Shown here: piece by piece, positions 27,924 through 37,186 of the stretch
Numbering within the stretch: the first letter of the stretch is position 1
Layout of the letters: each line of letters opens with the position of its first letter
Source: an uncultured Acidobacteriaceae bacterium
GTDB lineage: Bacteria > Acidobacteriota > Terriglobia > Terriglobales > Acidobacteriaceae
DNA: 64,000 nucleotides
Direction: 5' to 3'
Assembly: GCA_963779995.1 (NCBI GenBank)
Contig: CAVZZY010000002.1
Span: 278,835 to 342,834 of the forward strand
Made by a program: the position numbers and the translations under genes
Notes under the pieces: model-generated
Seen by the model: only the letters and a program-made list of their open reading frames with translations
What the model was told of the DNA's origin: nothing
Databases searched by the model: none

Positions 27924-29690
27924 CTAATACTTCCTCGGCCGTGGCGGAATCAGCGCCGCATCCACCGGCTCGAACTCGAACTTCGGCTCGTCCAAATCGG
28001 GCGCGAAGGTTGCTTTCGTGGTCTTCATCCAGTTCTTGTCGTCGCGCTCGGGGAAATCGGGCTTATAGTGCGAGCCGCGAGATTCGTCGCGCATGGCCGC
28101 CCCCTGCGCGATTACGCGCGACAACTGCAGCATGTTGTAGAGCTGGCGCGTGAAAGCGATCGTCGTGTTGGCCCACTGCGCGCGATCGCTCAGGTTGATC
28201 TTCTGGAAGCGTTGCAGCAGTTCCACTACTTTGGCGTCCGCTGCCTCACACTTCTTGTTGTAGCGGATAACCGTGCAGTTCGCGGTCATGGTTTCGCCGA
28301 GTTCGCGCCACAGCAAGAACGGATTTTCGTTGCCGTCGGCTTTCATCAGTGCGGCGTTGATTTCCTGCTGCCGCTTACGCTCTGCCTCAAAATGTCCGTT
28401 GCCGGGCGCGCCCTGCAGACCGTTGGCGTATTGCACCGCACTCGGCCCGGAGACGAAGCCTCCAAAGATGCACGACACCAGCGAATTTGCCCCCAGGCGG
28501 TTAGCGCCGTGGTACTGGTACTCGGCCTCACCCGCCGCGAAAATGCCGGGAATGTTCGTGGACTGTTTGTAATCGATCCACAGGCCGCCCATGGTGTAGT
28601 GCATGCCGGGGAAAATCTTCATGGGCGTGACCCGCGGATCGTCGCCCACAAACTTCTCGTAGATTTCGAGGATGCCTTCCAGCTTGCGGTCGAGAGTCTT
28701 GGCGTCGATGTGAGTGAGGTCGAGGTAGACCATCGGCTTGCCGTCGATGCCGAGGTTGTCCTCGAACACCACTTTGAAAATCGCGCGGGTGGCCACGTCG
28801 CGCGGAACGAGGTTGCCGTATTTCGGATACCACTCTTCGAGGAAATACCAGCGCTCTTTTTCCGGAATCGACTTGGGGTCGCGTTTGTCGCCCAGAGTTC
28901 TCGGAACCCAGACACGTCCGCCTTCGCCGCGCGCCGATTCCGACATGAGCCGGAGCTTGTCTTCGCCGGGGATGCAGGTGGGATGCACCTGAATGAACTC
29001 GCCGTTCGCGTAATAGCAGCCCTGCTGATAAAGCGCAGACTGCGCCGATCCGGTGCACACCACGGAATTGGTGGACTTGCCGAAGATAGCGCCACAGCCG
29101 CCGGTCGCGATGATGATGGCGGCGGCCGGGAAGGTGCGGATTTCCATGGTGCGCAGGTCCATCGCACAGATGCCCCGGCAAACGCGGCTGCCGTCAAGCA
29201 CCGCCGAGAGAAACTCCCAGTGCTCGTATTTCTTCACCTTGCCTTCGGACTCGTAGCGGCGGACCTGCTCGTCGAGCGCGTAAAGAAGCTGCTGGCCGGT
29301 GGTTGCTCCGGCGAACGCGGTGCGGTTATAGAGCGTGCCTCCGAAGCGCCTGAAATCGAGCAGACCTTCGGGCGTACGATTGAAGGGAACGCCCATGCGG
29401 TCGAGCAGATCGATGATGCCGGGAGCAGCCTCGCACATGGCCTTGACCGGCGGCTGGTTGGCGAGGAAGTCGCCACCGTAAATGGTGTCGTCGAAGTGGA
29501 TCCAGGTGGAATCGCCTTCGCCCTTCAGGTTCTTGGCGGCGTTGATGCCCCCCTGCGCGCACACCGAATGCGAGCGCTTTACGGGGACGATGGAGAACAG
29601 GTCAACCTCTCCGCCCATCTCAGCAATCTTGATAACGGCGGCGAGACCTGCCAAACCTCCGCCCACTACGATGATTCTTGGAGCTGCCAT
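27924..29690 (-). CDS. sdhA: Succinate dehydrogenase/fumarate reductase flavoprotein subunit
   Basis: IIVVGGGLAGLAA, SHSVCAQGGINA (FAD-histidine region) and RLGANSL. Start taken at ATG 29690. Confidence 0.95.
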   Translation of the reverse strand: MAAPRIIVVGGGLAGLAAVIKIAEMGGEVDLFSIVPVKRSHSVCAQGGINAAKNLKGEGDSTWIHFDDTIYGGDFLANQPPVKAMCEAAPGIIDLLDRMGVPFNRTPEGLLDFRRFGGTLYNRTAFAGATTGQQLLYALDEQVRRYESEGKVKKYEHWEFLSAVLDGSRVCRGICAMDLRTMEIRTFPAAAIIIATGGCGAIFGKSTNSVVCTGSAQSALYQQGCYYANGEFIQVHPTCIPGEDKLRLMSESARGEGGRVWVPRTLGDKRDPKSIPEKERWYFLEEWYPKYGNLVPRDVATRAIFKVVFEDNLGIDGKPMVYLDLTHIDAKTLDRKLEGILEIYEKFVGDDPRVTPMKIFPGMHYTMGGLWIDYKQSTNIPGIFAAGEAEYQYHGANRLGANSLVSCIFGGFVSGPSAVQYANGLQGAPGNGHFEAERKRQQEINAALMKADGNENPFLLWRELGETMTANCTVIRYNKKCEAADAKVVELLQRFQKINLSDRAQWANTTIAFTRQLYNMLQLSRVIAQGAAMRDESRGSHYKPDFPERDDKNWMKTTKATFAPDLDEPKFEFEPVDAALIPPRPRKY

Positions 29691-29756
29691 ACTGTATGAA
29701 TCCGATCTGCCGGGCTCAGCCCGTCGCGCATCCTCGTACAATCTCTCGCACAACCA

Positions 29757-30489
29757 CTATCGCATTACGACACTTTCCGTAGTATTGGTGTCTAAAGGCT
29801 GGTTCGGCGTCGCCAGAAATCCGTACATGCTGCCCGCCCCGATTGCAATAAGCACAAGAGCGAGCGCGAGGCAGACATAGCCAAAGCCGCGGCGCGCCGC
29901 TTCGCCGGTCGTGATCCCCCACTTCGCGGCGAACAGCCACAGGCCGTAGCTGAAATGCCAGCAAGCGGCGACGATGCCGATGGCGTAGAAGGCGATCATC
30001 CAAGGGTTCTGAAATTCGAGCTGGACCTTAGCGAAGGACTGCATAGGATGGGTCGGCAGGTGCACGCCGGTGAAGCGCAGGAAGTACGTGTGCTGCGCTA
30101 TAAAGATAAGCGAGATGATGCCGGTCCAGCGATGAGTGGTGTAGAGCCAATTGCCGGTCCACGGGTAATTGGCGACGTTGCGTCTCGCCTTGATACCAGA
30201 TCCAAAGGCCGTAGAGGCCGTGGTAGGCGATCGGAATCCAGATGAAGAACAGCTCCAGCAGAAAAACGAAAGGCAGGCTGTTCAGAAACTCGACTTGCTT
30301 GCCATAAGCCGCTGGGCCTTTGAAGGCTTCGGCGTTCGAGATGAAGTGTTCGAGAAGGAAAGCTCCGATGGGTACGACGCCGCTCAAGGAATGCAGACGG
30401 CGCAGCAGGAACGAGGTACCCTCGCCAGCGCGCAGTGGAGCGACGCCGGGCTTGATTATGGGAGCGACGGGATTGGCAGTTGACGCCAC
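29757..30489 (-). pseudogene. sdhC: Succinate dehydrogenase cytochrome b558 subunit interrupted by one +1 frameshift or sequence error
   Basis: GTG start at 30489. ...IAYHGLYGLWIWYQGE | RNVANYPWTGNWLYTTHRWTGIISL...HFSYGLWLFAAKWGI. The junction is at about 30183. Confidence 0.8.
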
Positions 30490-30708
30490 GATGACGGCTC
30501 CTTACGTGGTCCGATGTACAAAGTCGCTATTATCGTTTTGCGGGGGAAGGGAAGTCAAGAAGAGTTGTAGCAGGAGCGTCGTAGCAAGGATGTTTTGCGC
30601 AGAAACTCAGTTTTGTTCCCTGCTTTCGAGACGAATCATTTTGATTAGTTACAGAGCCGGCAAGCCGCTAGAATCCAACACGTCATCAGTTGGCGAGCGC
30701 GAACCGCA

Positions 30709-31443
30709 ATGAGAGCGATTTCAATATTTATGTTGATTTGTGCGGCAGTCGCGTCGGCGCTGGCGGTTCCGGCTCATTCAAGATGGGCACTGCATTCCTA
30801 TTCCGGCAAAAGAGACTCCTACATTGAACAGCCGAGCTGTCATCCGCTTAAGTATTTCTTAAGCGATCCCAAGCGTTTCGACTATGGTGACGACCTGTTC
30901 GGGAAATCGCCCGCGGACCTTAAAGACAAGGTTGAGTCGCAGCACATCGGCAAGATTGCGGACTTCACGATCCATGAAGTGATTCACAACATCAACCACG
31001 GCGACCTGGTTATGAAGATGATTCTAGTGGAACGCAAGGCTGGCGAGTTCTGTGAAATCTTTCAGCAGCAATACGATGCGGTCATTGTCATAGCGGAGCC
31101 AGCCTATCTTGTCAATGTCAACTCGGAGACAATCCTTGCCACCTCCGACCGTGTGACCGGGAATGGCGCGTTCCTCGTAGAAGAATACTGGACCTTCGAC
31201 AAGGACGGGCCGATTCCGCTCTTTGTGAGTGCCAAAATCAAAGAAATTGCGGACAAGCTTTTGCCGCAGGGCCGTACCATCATGAACGGCAGTGCCTTCA
31301 ACATTCGTACTCTTAGGTACTCCACGCCCGTCTGGCAGGCAGGAGACGCGCACTGTTGTCCTTCGGGCGGAAGCGTCCACATACAATTCGCTCTAAAGAA
31401 CCATCGCCTAAGGGTTGTCAACCAGGGCTTCGAGCCCAACTAG
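30709..31443 (+). CDS. Orphan secreted hypothetical protein in an AT-richer stretch
   Basis: 244-aa ORF with signal peptide MRAISIFMLICAAVASALA. Protein-like composition, no recognised motif. Confidence 0.6.
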   Translation: MRAISIFMLICAAVASALAVPAHSRWALHSYSGKRDSYIEQPSCHPLKYFLSDPKRFDYGDDLFGKSPADLKDKVESQHIGKIADFTIHEVIHNINHGDLVMKMILVERKAGEFCEIFQQQYDAVIVIAEPAYLVNVNSETILATSDRVTGNGAFLVEEYWTFDKDGPIPLFVSAKIKEIADKLLPQGRTIMNGSAFNIRTLRYSTPVWQAGDAHCCPSGGSVHIQFALKNHRLRVVNQGFEPN

Positions 31444-31476
31444 GCGTAGGCTCGGTTTCTGGGCGAGGCGATCGGG

Positions 31477-32121
31477 CTAGGTGGCTCGATTAAGGTTGGT
31501 CATGCCGCGATCCATCCACTCCAGGAATCTTCGGAATGCGGCGCCACGATGGCTGTAGCGGGACTTTTCTTCCGAATCCAGTTGGGCGAACGTCTTTTGG
31601 ATTGCGGGGAAAAAGAAGAGCGGGTCATACCCGAAGCCGTTGACGCCCCGGGGCGCGTCCAGAATGATCCCTTCAGCGGTGCCGCGGAAGGTGTGAACAG
31701 TCTGGCCGTCACGGGCGACGGCCAGCACGCAAATAAAACGCGCGGTGCGCTTTTGTTCCGGAACCCCTCGCAGTTCGCGCAGCACGCGCGCGTTGTTGGC
31801 TTCGTCATCCGTGTTGCATTCAGCATTGTGTGGTTCGTCGGCGGCGTAGCGGGCAGAATGAACCCCGGGAGCGCCGCCGAGGGCGTCAACCTCCAGGCCG
31901 GAGTCGTCGGCTAGAACCAGTTCGCCGGGCACGGCCAGACTATAGGACTCCGCTTTCTTACGCGCGTTCTCCTCGAAGGTGGCTCCGTCTTCGATCACTT
32001 CGGGCAGAGAAGCAAAGTGCGGGATGTTTGCGACGGTGATGCCGTAGGGTGCGGCGGCTCCGCCGAAATCACGAATCTTGCCGGAGTTTGAGGTTGCCAG
32101 CAGAACGGTGCGCGCGGTCAT
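31477..32121 (-). CDS. rdgB: Non-canonical purine NTP pyrophosphatase (RdgB/HAM1)
   Basis: LLATSNSGKIRDF...EDGATFEENARKKA...DDSGLEVDALGGAPGVHSARY...GFGYDPLF. Confidence 0.9.
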   Translation of the reverse strand: MTARTVLLATSNSGKIRDFGGAAAPYGITVANIPHFASLPEVIEDGATFEENARKKAESYSLAVPGELVLADDSGLEVDALGGAPGVHSARYAADEPHNAECNTDDEANNARVLRELRGVPEQKRTARFICVLAVARDGQTVHTFRGTAEGIILDAPRGVNGFGYDPLFFFPAIQKTFAQLDSEEKSRYSHRGAAFRRFLEWMDRGMTNLNRAT

Positions 32122-33965
32122 GCGGCGGGGCTCACAAGGTTCGCCCGTCTCGCTGGCCGTCGCGTACTGACCCAAGCCGCTTTAAACCATTTCGGTTTGA
32201 ACCAGGCGAAAACGAGCACAGCCAGGCTGATCAGCGAGAGGATGTTTCCGAGGAAACGATCGACCGTCCGGCGGAAGTGAATGCGAACATCGCTGCCTCC
32301 GGCGGCAATGGGGATGACGATTAGGCCGGTGACATCGGTTTTCTTTGTTGCGGTAGGCTTGCCGTTCACGACGACCTCCCATGCCGGATAACTGAAAAGG
32401 CGCACGGTCAGATTTTGCGCTGCGGCGGCGTGGACCGTGAAGTGTCTTTCCGTCGGCCCCCACGCCAGCATTTCGCTCTGAACTTCTGCCCCCCTGTCGT
32501 CGCTGACGCGGGGCAGACTTTTGTTCAATTCGTAGGCGTCGTCTCCGGCCGGGACGTACTCGTCGGTGCCCTCGTATCCGATGCCGTCCGCGACGGCATC
32601 GCTCATCTGGCGGATATCGGCGGCTTTCTCCCACCAAGGTGGCTGGAAACGATAGCCGGCGACGATAACCGCGGCCAGCAGAACGGCAGACACCAGGACG
32701 CGCGCGGTCCAGTTCCAACGTTTCGCGGCCATGGCCAGAAGCATGGCCAAAGCGGCGTTCATCGACAGCAGCCAGCGGAAGGGAAGTTGCACGAAGCGGA
32801 GCTCGGGCAAGTGCTGCCAGAACAGATTGCTCACCGAAAGCAGCAGGACCGCGCTGAAGACGCCCAAGGCGGAAAACAGCGTCCACGGACTTTGGTTAAC
32901 GGTTGCCGCACTACCCGCGACTGAACTGTCGAGAGCCTGCCCTGAGATTGCCGAAGGAGCTTGCCCTGAGATTGCCGAAGGGTTTGCCCCTGCGCTTTTC
33001 ACCCGCCAGCGGCGCGAAAACCAAATGGCGAAAGCGATGACGCCGATTTCGACCACCGCTACGGTCGAAACCAGAAGATTAAATCGGTTGTGATCGGGAT
33101 CGGGAAGAGTGGTGAAAAGAAAATTGTCCTGCGGCCGGACTCCCGGTGACAGCACCTCTCTGATGTTGATCCATCCTTGTTCGTAAATTGCCGGTAGCAG
33201 ATAAAACGAGGCCAGACCGACTCCGAGGAGCATCGCCAGCGCCGTCTGGACTAAGGTCGTCCGAACAACGGGACGCCGGACCTTTAGACCCCAGACCGAT
33301 GATCGTTGGTGGGCGAGTTCGCGCGCGGCCACAGTCGCAAAGAAGACCAGCGCCAGCCCGGCCGTCGCGTAATGCATCATCACCGCTGCCGGTACGTTCG
33401 TCAGCCAAGCCGCGGCCAGGATGAGACTCAATCCCAGCGTCGGGCGAAAATCAGGCTCTGATTCCCGCAAAAAAAGCCGCAGAAAACAAAGCAGCAGAAG
33501 CGGCAGCAGCTCCGACGCCAGCAGTTCGGCGTATGCGCTCCGCCAGTAGACGATGAGCAAGTGGTAGGGATTCAGCGCATAGAACACAGCCGCAAACAAC
33601 GCGTCCGCGACCGGGAGCCACTCGCGGGCGAGTCGGTACATGGCCGTTCCGGCAAGCGTGAGCGCAATCCAGCAATACGCGCCCGGCACCATTGTCCAGG
33701 GCAGTGCGAAACCGAGCGCGGCGCCCAGAGTCCAGGAAGCCGGGGGATAAAAGAGGAAGCGAGGCTCGCCATATCCCCAGTACGCCAGCGCGGCCCAGCG
33801 CGGATATGCAATGCCGTGCTTCCATTGTCCGAGCACCTCCATCCACGAAAACAAGTGGAACTCGAAATCATGCCCGGAGGGACTGCCCCGCCAGAAAAAC
33901 GGAGTGATGGCTACCAGACAGCAGCCAGCGAGCACGAACGCGCGCGAGACCGGACTTCTGAGCAA
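32118..33965 (-). CDS. Large polytopic membrane protein (GT-C-like or COG5617-like; function uncertain)
   Basis: 615 aa with many TM helices. The N-terminal GHDFEFHLFSWMEV motif is typical of this membrane-protein class. Its stop overlaps the rdgB start (ATGA). Confidence 0.7.
   Translation of the reverse strand: MLRSPVSRAFVLAGCCLVAITPFFWRGSPSGHDFEFHLFSWMEVLGQWKHGIAYPRWAALAYWGYGEPRFLFYPPASWTLGAALGFALPWTMVPGAYCWIALTLAGTAMYRLAREWLPVADALFAAVFYALNPYHLLIVYWRSAYAELLASELLPLLLLCFLRLFLRESEPDFRPTLGLSLILAAAWLTNVPAAVMMHYATAGLALVFFATVAARELAHQRSSVWGLKVRRPVVRTTLVQTALAMLLGVGLASFYLLPAIYEQGWINIREVLSPGVRPQDNFLFTTLPDPDHNRFNLLVSTVAVVEIGVIAFAIWFSRRWRVKSAGANPSAISGQAPSAISGQALDSSVAGSAATVNQSPWTLFSALGVFSAVLLLSVSNLFWQHLPELRFVQLPFRWLLSMNAALAMLLAMAAKRWNWTARVLVSAVLLAAVIVAGYRFQPPWWEKAADIRQMSDAVADGIGYEGTDEYVPAGDDAYELNKSLPRVSDDRGAEVQSEMLAWGPTERHFTVHAAAAQNLTVRLFSYPAWEVVVNGKPTATKKTDVTGLIVIPIAAGGSDVRIHFRRTVDRFLGNILSLISLAVLVFAWFKPKWFKAAWVSTRRPARRANLVSPAA
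32938..32990. repeat. In-frame 24-bp tandem duplication inside the membrane-protein gene
   Basis: TGCCCTGAGATTGCCGAAGG occurs at 32938-32957 and again at 32962-32981. The protein reads PSAISGQAPSAISGQA. Confidence 0.85.
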
Positions 33966-34042
33966 TTTACCCTAACCTCAAACTGACAGACTGTGAAAAA
34001 AGTGAAACGGTGGATAGGATCCTCAAGCTGCATCCGACATCC

Positions 34043-34103
34043 GTAGAGACACGTCTTAGCGCGTCTGCAGCGTCCCCGGAGACGGTGCGAGCCCTGTCTC
34101 TAG
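34043..34103. repeat. REP family A element
   Basis: GTAGAGACACGTCTTAGCGCGTCTGC...GGAGACGGTGCGAGCCCTGTCTCTAG. Confidence 0.8.
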
Positions 34104-34245
34104 AGGTAGAGCAATTCTATTGCATCAGAAAAATTCTCGAAAAATTAACCGCATTGAAATCATTTAGGGGCGGGGTCGAGGTAATCTGCGATGAATCATG
34201 TGGCACAGACCACCGGGGACTCGGCTGATACTAAGCGGGACAGTC

Positions 34246-34266
34246 AGCCGGGTTCCCGGCTTTTTC
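34246..34266 (+). terminator. Rho-independent terminator with no annotated plus-strand gene upstream
   Basis: AGCCGGG-TT-CCCGGCT followed by TTTTT on the plus strand only. Confidence 0.5.
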
Positions 34267-34310
34267 TGGGATCGTGTTCGCTGGGATCAGGTTCGGTGGG
34301 ATCGGGAGCG
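34266..34310. repeat. Three tandem 15-bp units, each containing GGGATC
   Basis: CTGGGATCGTGTTCG / CTGGGATCAGGTTCG / GTGGGATCGGGAGCG. There are four GATC sites within 45 bp. Confidence 0.8.
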
Positions 34311-34351
34311 ATCAGGCGAACGCTTACCGGCTGCCTTCTACTGACGAAGGG

Positions 34352-35506
34352 TTACTGATTGACGCTGGCCGGGGTTCGCTGTTGTCGCAGTTCGGCGAGA
34401 AACGCTTCTTCTTCCAGCGCACTGCCGGTCCGCAGCAATTCGAGGAGGGGATCCTCCCCGTCGCTTGTGGCGCTGCTGGTCTGGCCTGGGTCCTGGTTCA
34501 AATCGACCGCGCTGGCGACGAGAGCGCGAGGAGAAGTTTCCAGTTGCGGAGTGGCGCCGGGCTGGCCAGTGAGGAACTCGATGAACTCGCCGACGCTTTT
34601 GCGCTGCTCTTCCGTGCGGGCGGGGAATTCAACGCCCATGCCATGTCCGGGATGCATGACCCGGACCAAGCCTTCGGTGTGAATCTCCAGCCCGGCGGCG
34701 CGCAGGCACAGATCGACGGCGGAGGACTGAGGGAATGGAGATTCGGTCTGCACGTAGCAGCCGCCCAGACTAAGATCCGTGAGTTTACATTGGCGTGGCT
34801 GCGTCGGGTTCTTCGGGCAAAGCATCGTGCGAGCGGGCAGCCAGCCACGCGCTCAGTTCCTCGCGCATCTGCCGGCATCCATGTCGAGAAAGCGCAGGCC
34901 GGTTTGACCGTTGTCAGTGCTCCAGGCAACCTCCGCGTCACCTGCAATGCGAGCACCGCCGTCGGGCAGCTCGAAGGAGATGTGAACCAGAACCGCGGAC
35001 GGAATTGGCTTGGCCGCCAGCACATCCATGCCGCCGGTGCTGAGGTCGAGCAGAATGCCTTCAACGGTATTGCTCTCGTCGATACGAATCGAAACCGCCG
35101 CCTGCACGGCGACCCGCAATGCTTGCCGCCTTTCGCGCTTCAGCAGCGCGGTGGCAGCGCGCAAGGTGTTTCGAGCTTGCTCGAAGGTGACCGGCTTGGT
35201 GAGGATGAAATGAGCTCCCGCGCCGAGGATGGAGCGGATCTGAGAAACATCGTTTAGCAAGGCAACGGTGACGGGCGGATCGCGGTCGGGGCCAACCTGG
35301 CGGCTGCAAGCTTCCAGTAATAGAGAGGCCGTTTCGGGATCGTCGAAGTCGACGATTACCTGATCGAAACGCTCCTCCGCCAGTCGTGTCGCGGCCACCT
35401 CGGCCGCGTTCGACCGATCCACCGCAACCCCGAACTGCGCCAGGGCCTGAATCAGCGTCTCCGCAGTCAGGTCATCCTGGGACACCAATAGTGCCTGCAA
35501 TATCAT
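34352..35506 (-). pseudogene. Response-regulator receiver + PilZ + PilZ protein interrupted by one in-frame TGA at 34853-34855
   Basis: ORFs 34853-35506 and 34352-34825 are in the same frame. The first has REC (SQDD...VIVDFDD...TKP) and PilZ (RRQALR...DLSTGG). The second has DLSLGG, but its RxxxR (RN*AR) spans the stop codon. Confidence 0.7.
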
Positions 35507-35551
35507 GGAACCGAGCCTCCCGCCTCGCGCTCTACCTCTACCGTCAGGCTT

Positions 35552-35809
35552 CTACGGCCAGCGCGGAGTTACGCTACGCCCTGGTTTGGACGCAGGCGAG
35601 GATTGAGCGCTGGCCTTGGCAGCCATCGCGTTGGAGTTTTCATCGTCCACTTCCGTCAGGACTGCGCTATCGTCTTCGTTGTCATTTTCGGCAAGCAAAG
35701 GCGCGACTTCCCGCAACTTCTCGGCAGCCTGCTGCAACATCTCGATCTGCTTGCCCAGTTGTGTGTACTGCGCCTGCTTGCGGCGCAAAACCTCATGGAT
35801 ATCCTTCAT
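35552..35809 (-). CDS. Small coiled-coil/acidic hypothetical protein
   Basis: 85-aa ORF, MKDIHEVLRRKQAQYTQLGKQIEMLQQAAEKLREV, then an acidic tail. It lies 45 nt upstream of the REC-PilZ gene on the same strand. Confidence 0.45.
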   Translation of the reverse strand: MKDIHEVLRRKQAQYTQLGKQIEMLQQAAEKLREVAPLLAENDNEDDSAVLTEVDDENSNAMAAKASAQSSPASKPGRSVTPRWP

Positions 35810-36055
35810 ACAACCCCCTGCGCCTGACTGTAGGTTTGGAGCAAGGCAAGGTCAACGCAAAACCCACCGTGGGCTGTTACTCCAGTAATCGAACCATGGG
35901 ACGTACGAGGACGCAAGCAGACCTCTAAGCGGCTCTCCGATCAGGCTCGGCTAAGGAACACGAAGCAGCGCAGACGGTCGCGAGGAGGGGCTGGCGCGAC
36001 CTGAAAACCGAGCCTCCTCCCGCAAAGGCCATCGAGCCGATCAAGCAGCTTGTGC

Positions 36056-36088
36056 TCAAAATCAAAAGCCCCGCCGTGCGGCGGGGCT
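36056..36088 (-). terminator. Rho-independent terminator of the PEP-CTERM gene
   Basis: The minus strand reads AGCCCCGCCGCACGGCGGGGCT followed by TTTTGATTTTGAG, 35 nt after the stop. Confidence 0.65.
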
Positions 36089-36122
36089 ATGAGGTGAGTG
36101 TTCTGAAGGACAACAAATCTAG

Positions 36123-36773
36123 TTATGTCCCGATCCTCTTGCGACGGAATATTCCAGCGATACCCACAAGCCCGGTTCCGAGAAGACCCAAGGTTCCGGG
36201 TTCCGGGACAGTGACCGTCGATGTACCCATACGGATGTGCCCGATACCCTGGGTAAGCTGTCCGTTAACCGTGTAGATGTTCTGGGTCGTAAATCCATTT
36301 TTCACTAAACGACCGTTCCACAGCTCGCCCACGATTTCACCGCTGAGAACGTAGGTCAGGTTCTTTTTACCGGGCGCGCTCGTCAGAGTCCAATCGATCG
36401 GACCGACGAACCAGCCGGTGAAGAGCGCGCAACCTGCGCCGCATTTCTCCCCTGTTAATTTGCTTGCCCACTTGCCGACGCCCGTCACGTCAAATGAAGT
36501 GCCGTCCGCCGCCGTGGTCGTGCCCCCGGCAAAAGTTCCGCCATACCGGAGTGTGCCGGTGGCCAGAGCGCCGGTCGTGAAGCTCACCGTTCCGAGAGAG
36601 TGTCCAGCAGCAGCTGAGGCGGTACCCCAGGTCAACAGTTGCGACCCAACCGAAGAGATGCCCGTACTCAAAAGACTAATCGTGCCAAACTCGTTCGTGA
36701 AAGTAATTGTGTCCGCCCAAGCGGCAAGCGGCAACATTAGAGCCAGCAGTCCCAGAACCAACACTCGCCTCAT
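36123..36773 (-). CDS. PEP-CTERM sorting-domain secreted protein
   Basis: Signal peptide MRRVLVLGLLALMLPLAAWA. The C-terminus VPEPGTLGLLGTGLVGIAGIFRRKR shows PEP, a TM helix and a basic tail. GGGAGGG lies before ATG 36773. Confidence 0.85.
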   Translation of the reverse strand: MRRVLVLGLLALMLPLAAWADTITFTNEFGTISLLSTGISSVGSQLLTWGTASAAAGHSLGTVSFTTGALATGTLRYGGTFAGGTTTAADGTSFDVTGVGKWASKLTGEKCGAGCALFTGWFVGPIDWTLTSAPGKKNLTYVLSGEIVGELWNGRLVKNGFTTQNIYTVNGQLTQGIGHIRMGTSTVTVPEPGTLGLLGTGLVGIAGIFRRKRIGT

Positions 36774-37186
36774 ATTACTGCCCTCCCTTTTTCGGTTGCG
36801 TTCCCGAGATTCACCTTGAAAAATAGGGTTCAAGGCGCAGGTCGCCTCGTTCCAGTGCTGCACTTGTCATTCCAAAACTGTGGAAATTCTGTTCTTATTT
36901 CTTATCAATAACTTACAGCCGTCCTCCATACCTATTTCACAATCAGGACTGCAATCTCGTGCACACTTAGCAACTATTGCTTTCCCACTCGGCGGCTACC
37001 GATAATAACATGGACCCGGAGTTTAGCAATTGGCCCGATCGTGCTATTTAGGCGCTCAACAGTGGCATTCCGCTACTCAGCCCGTTCCCCTTATCTTTCG
37101 GGTTGAGCAGTTCTGGGGGAGGGCTGTTCGGGCGTCCCGCGATTCTTTGAATCCGGGGCGCTTCTTATTTGCGGCTGCTTCCAGGA

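Noticed and set aside
28068-29699. 543-aa ORF on the plus strand
   Set aside because: It is a shadow ORF antisense to sdhA. The same reasoning applies to 24320-25543 (antisense to the dipeptidase), 51945-53267, 58306-59772 (antisense to thiF), 60078-61370 (antisense to bamA), 41460-42455, 45496-46512 and 48089-48943.
34191-34358. 55-codon plus-strand ORF starting after a GAGG
   Set aside because: Its Gly/Ser-rich translation is produced by the GGGATC iterons. It also runs through a terminator hairpin and into the convergent PilZ gene, so it is unlikely to be coding.
34853-34855. Selenocysteine or programmed read-through at the in-frame TGA of the REC-PilZ gene
   Set aside because: Only a weak 5-bp stem (GAGCG/CGCTC) follows the codon and nothing resembles a bacterial SECIS. 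The codon falls on a non-catalytic x position of RxxxR, so a nonsense substitution is the simpler explanation.
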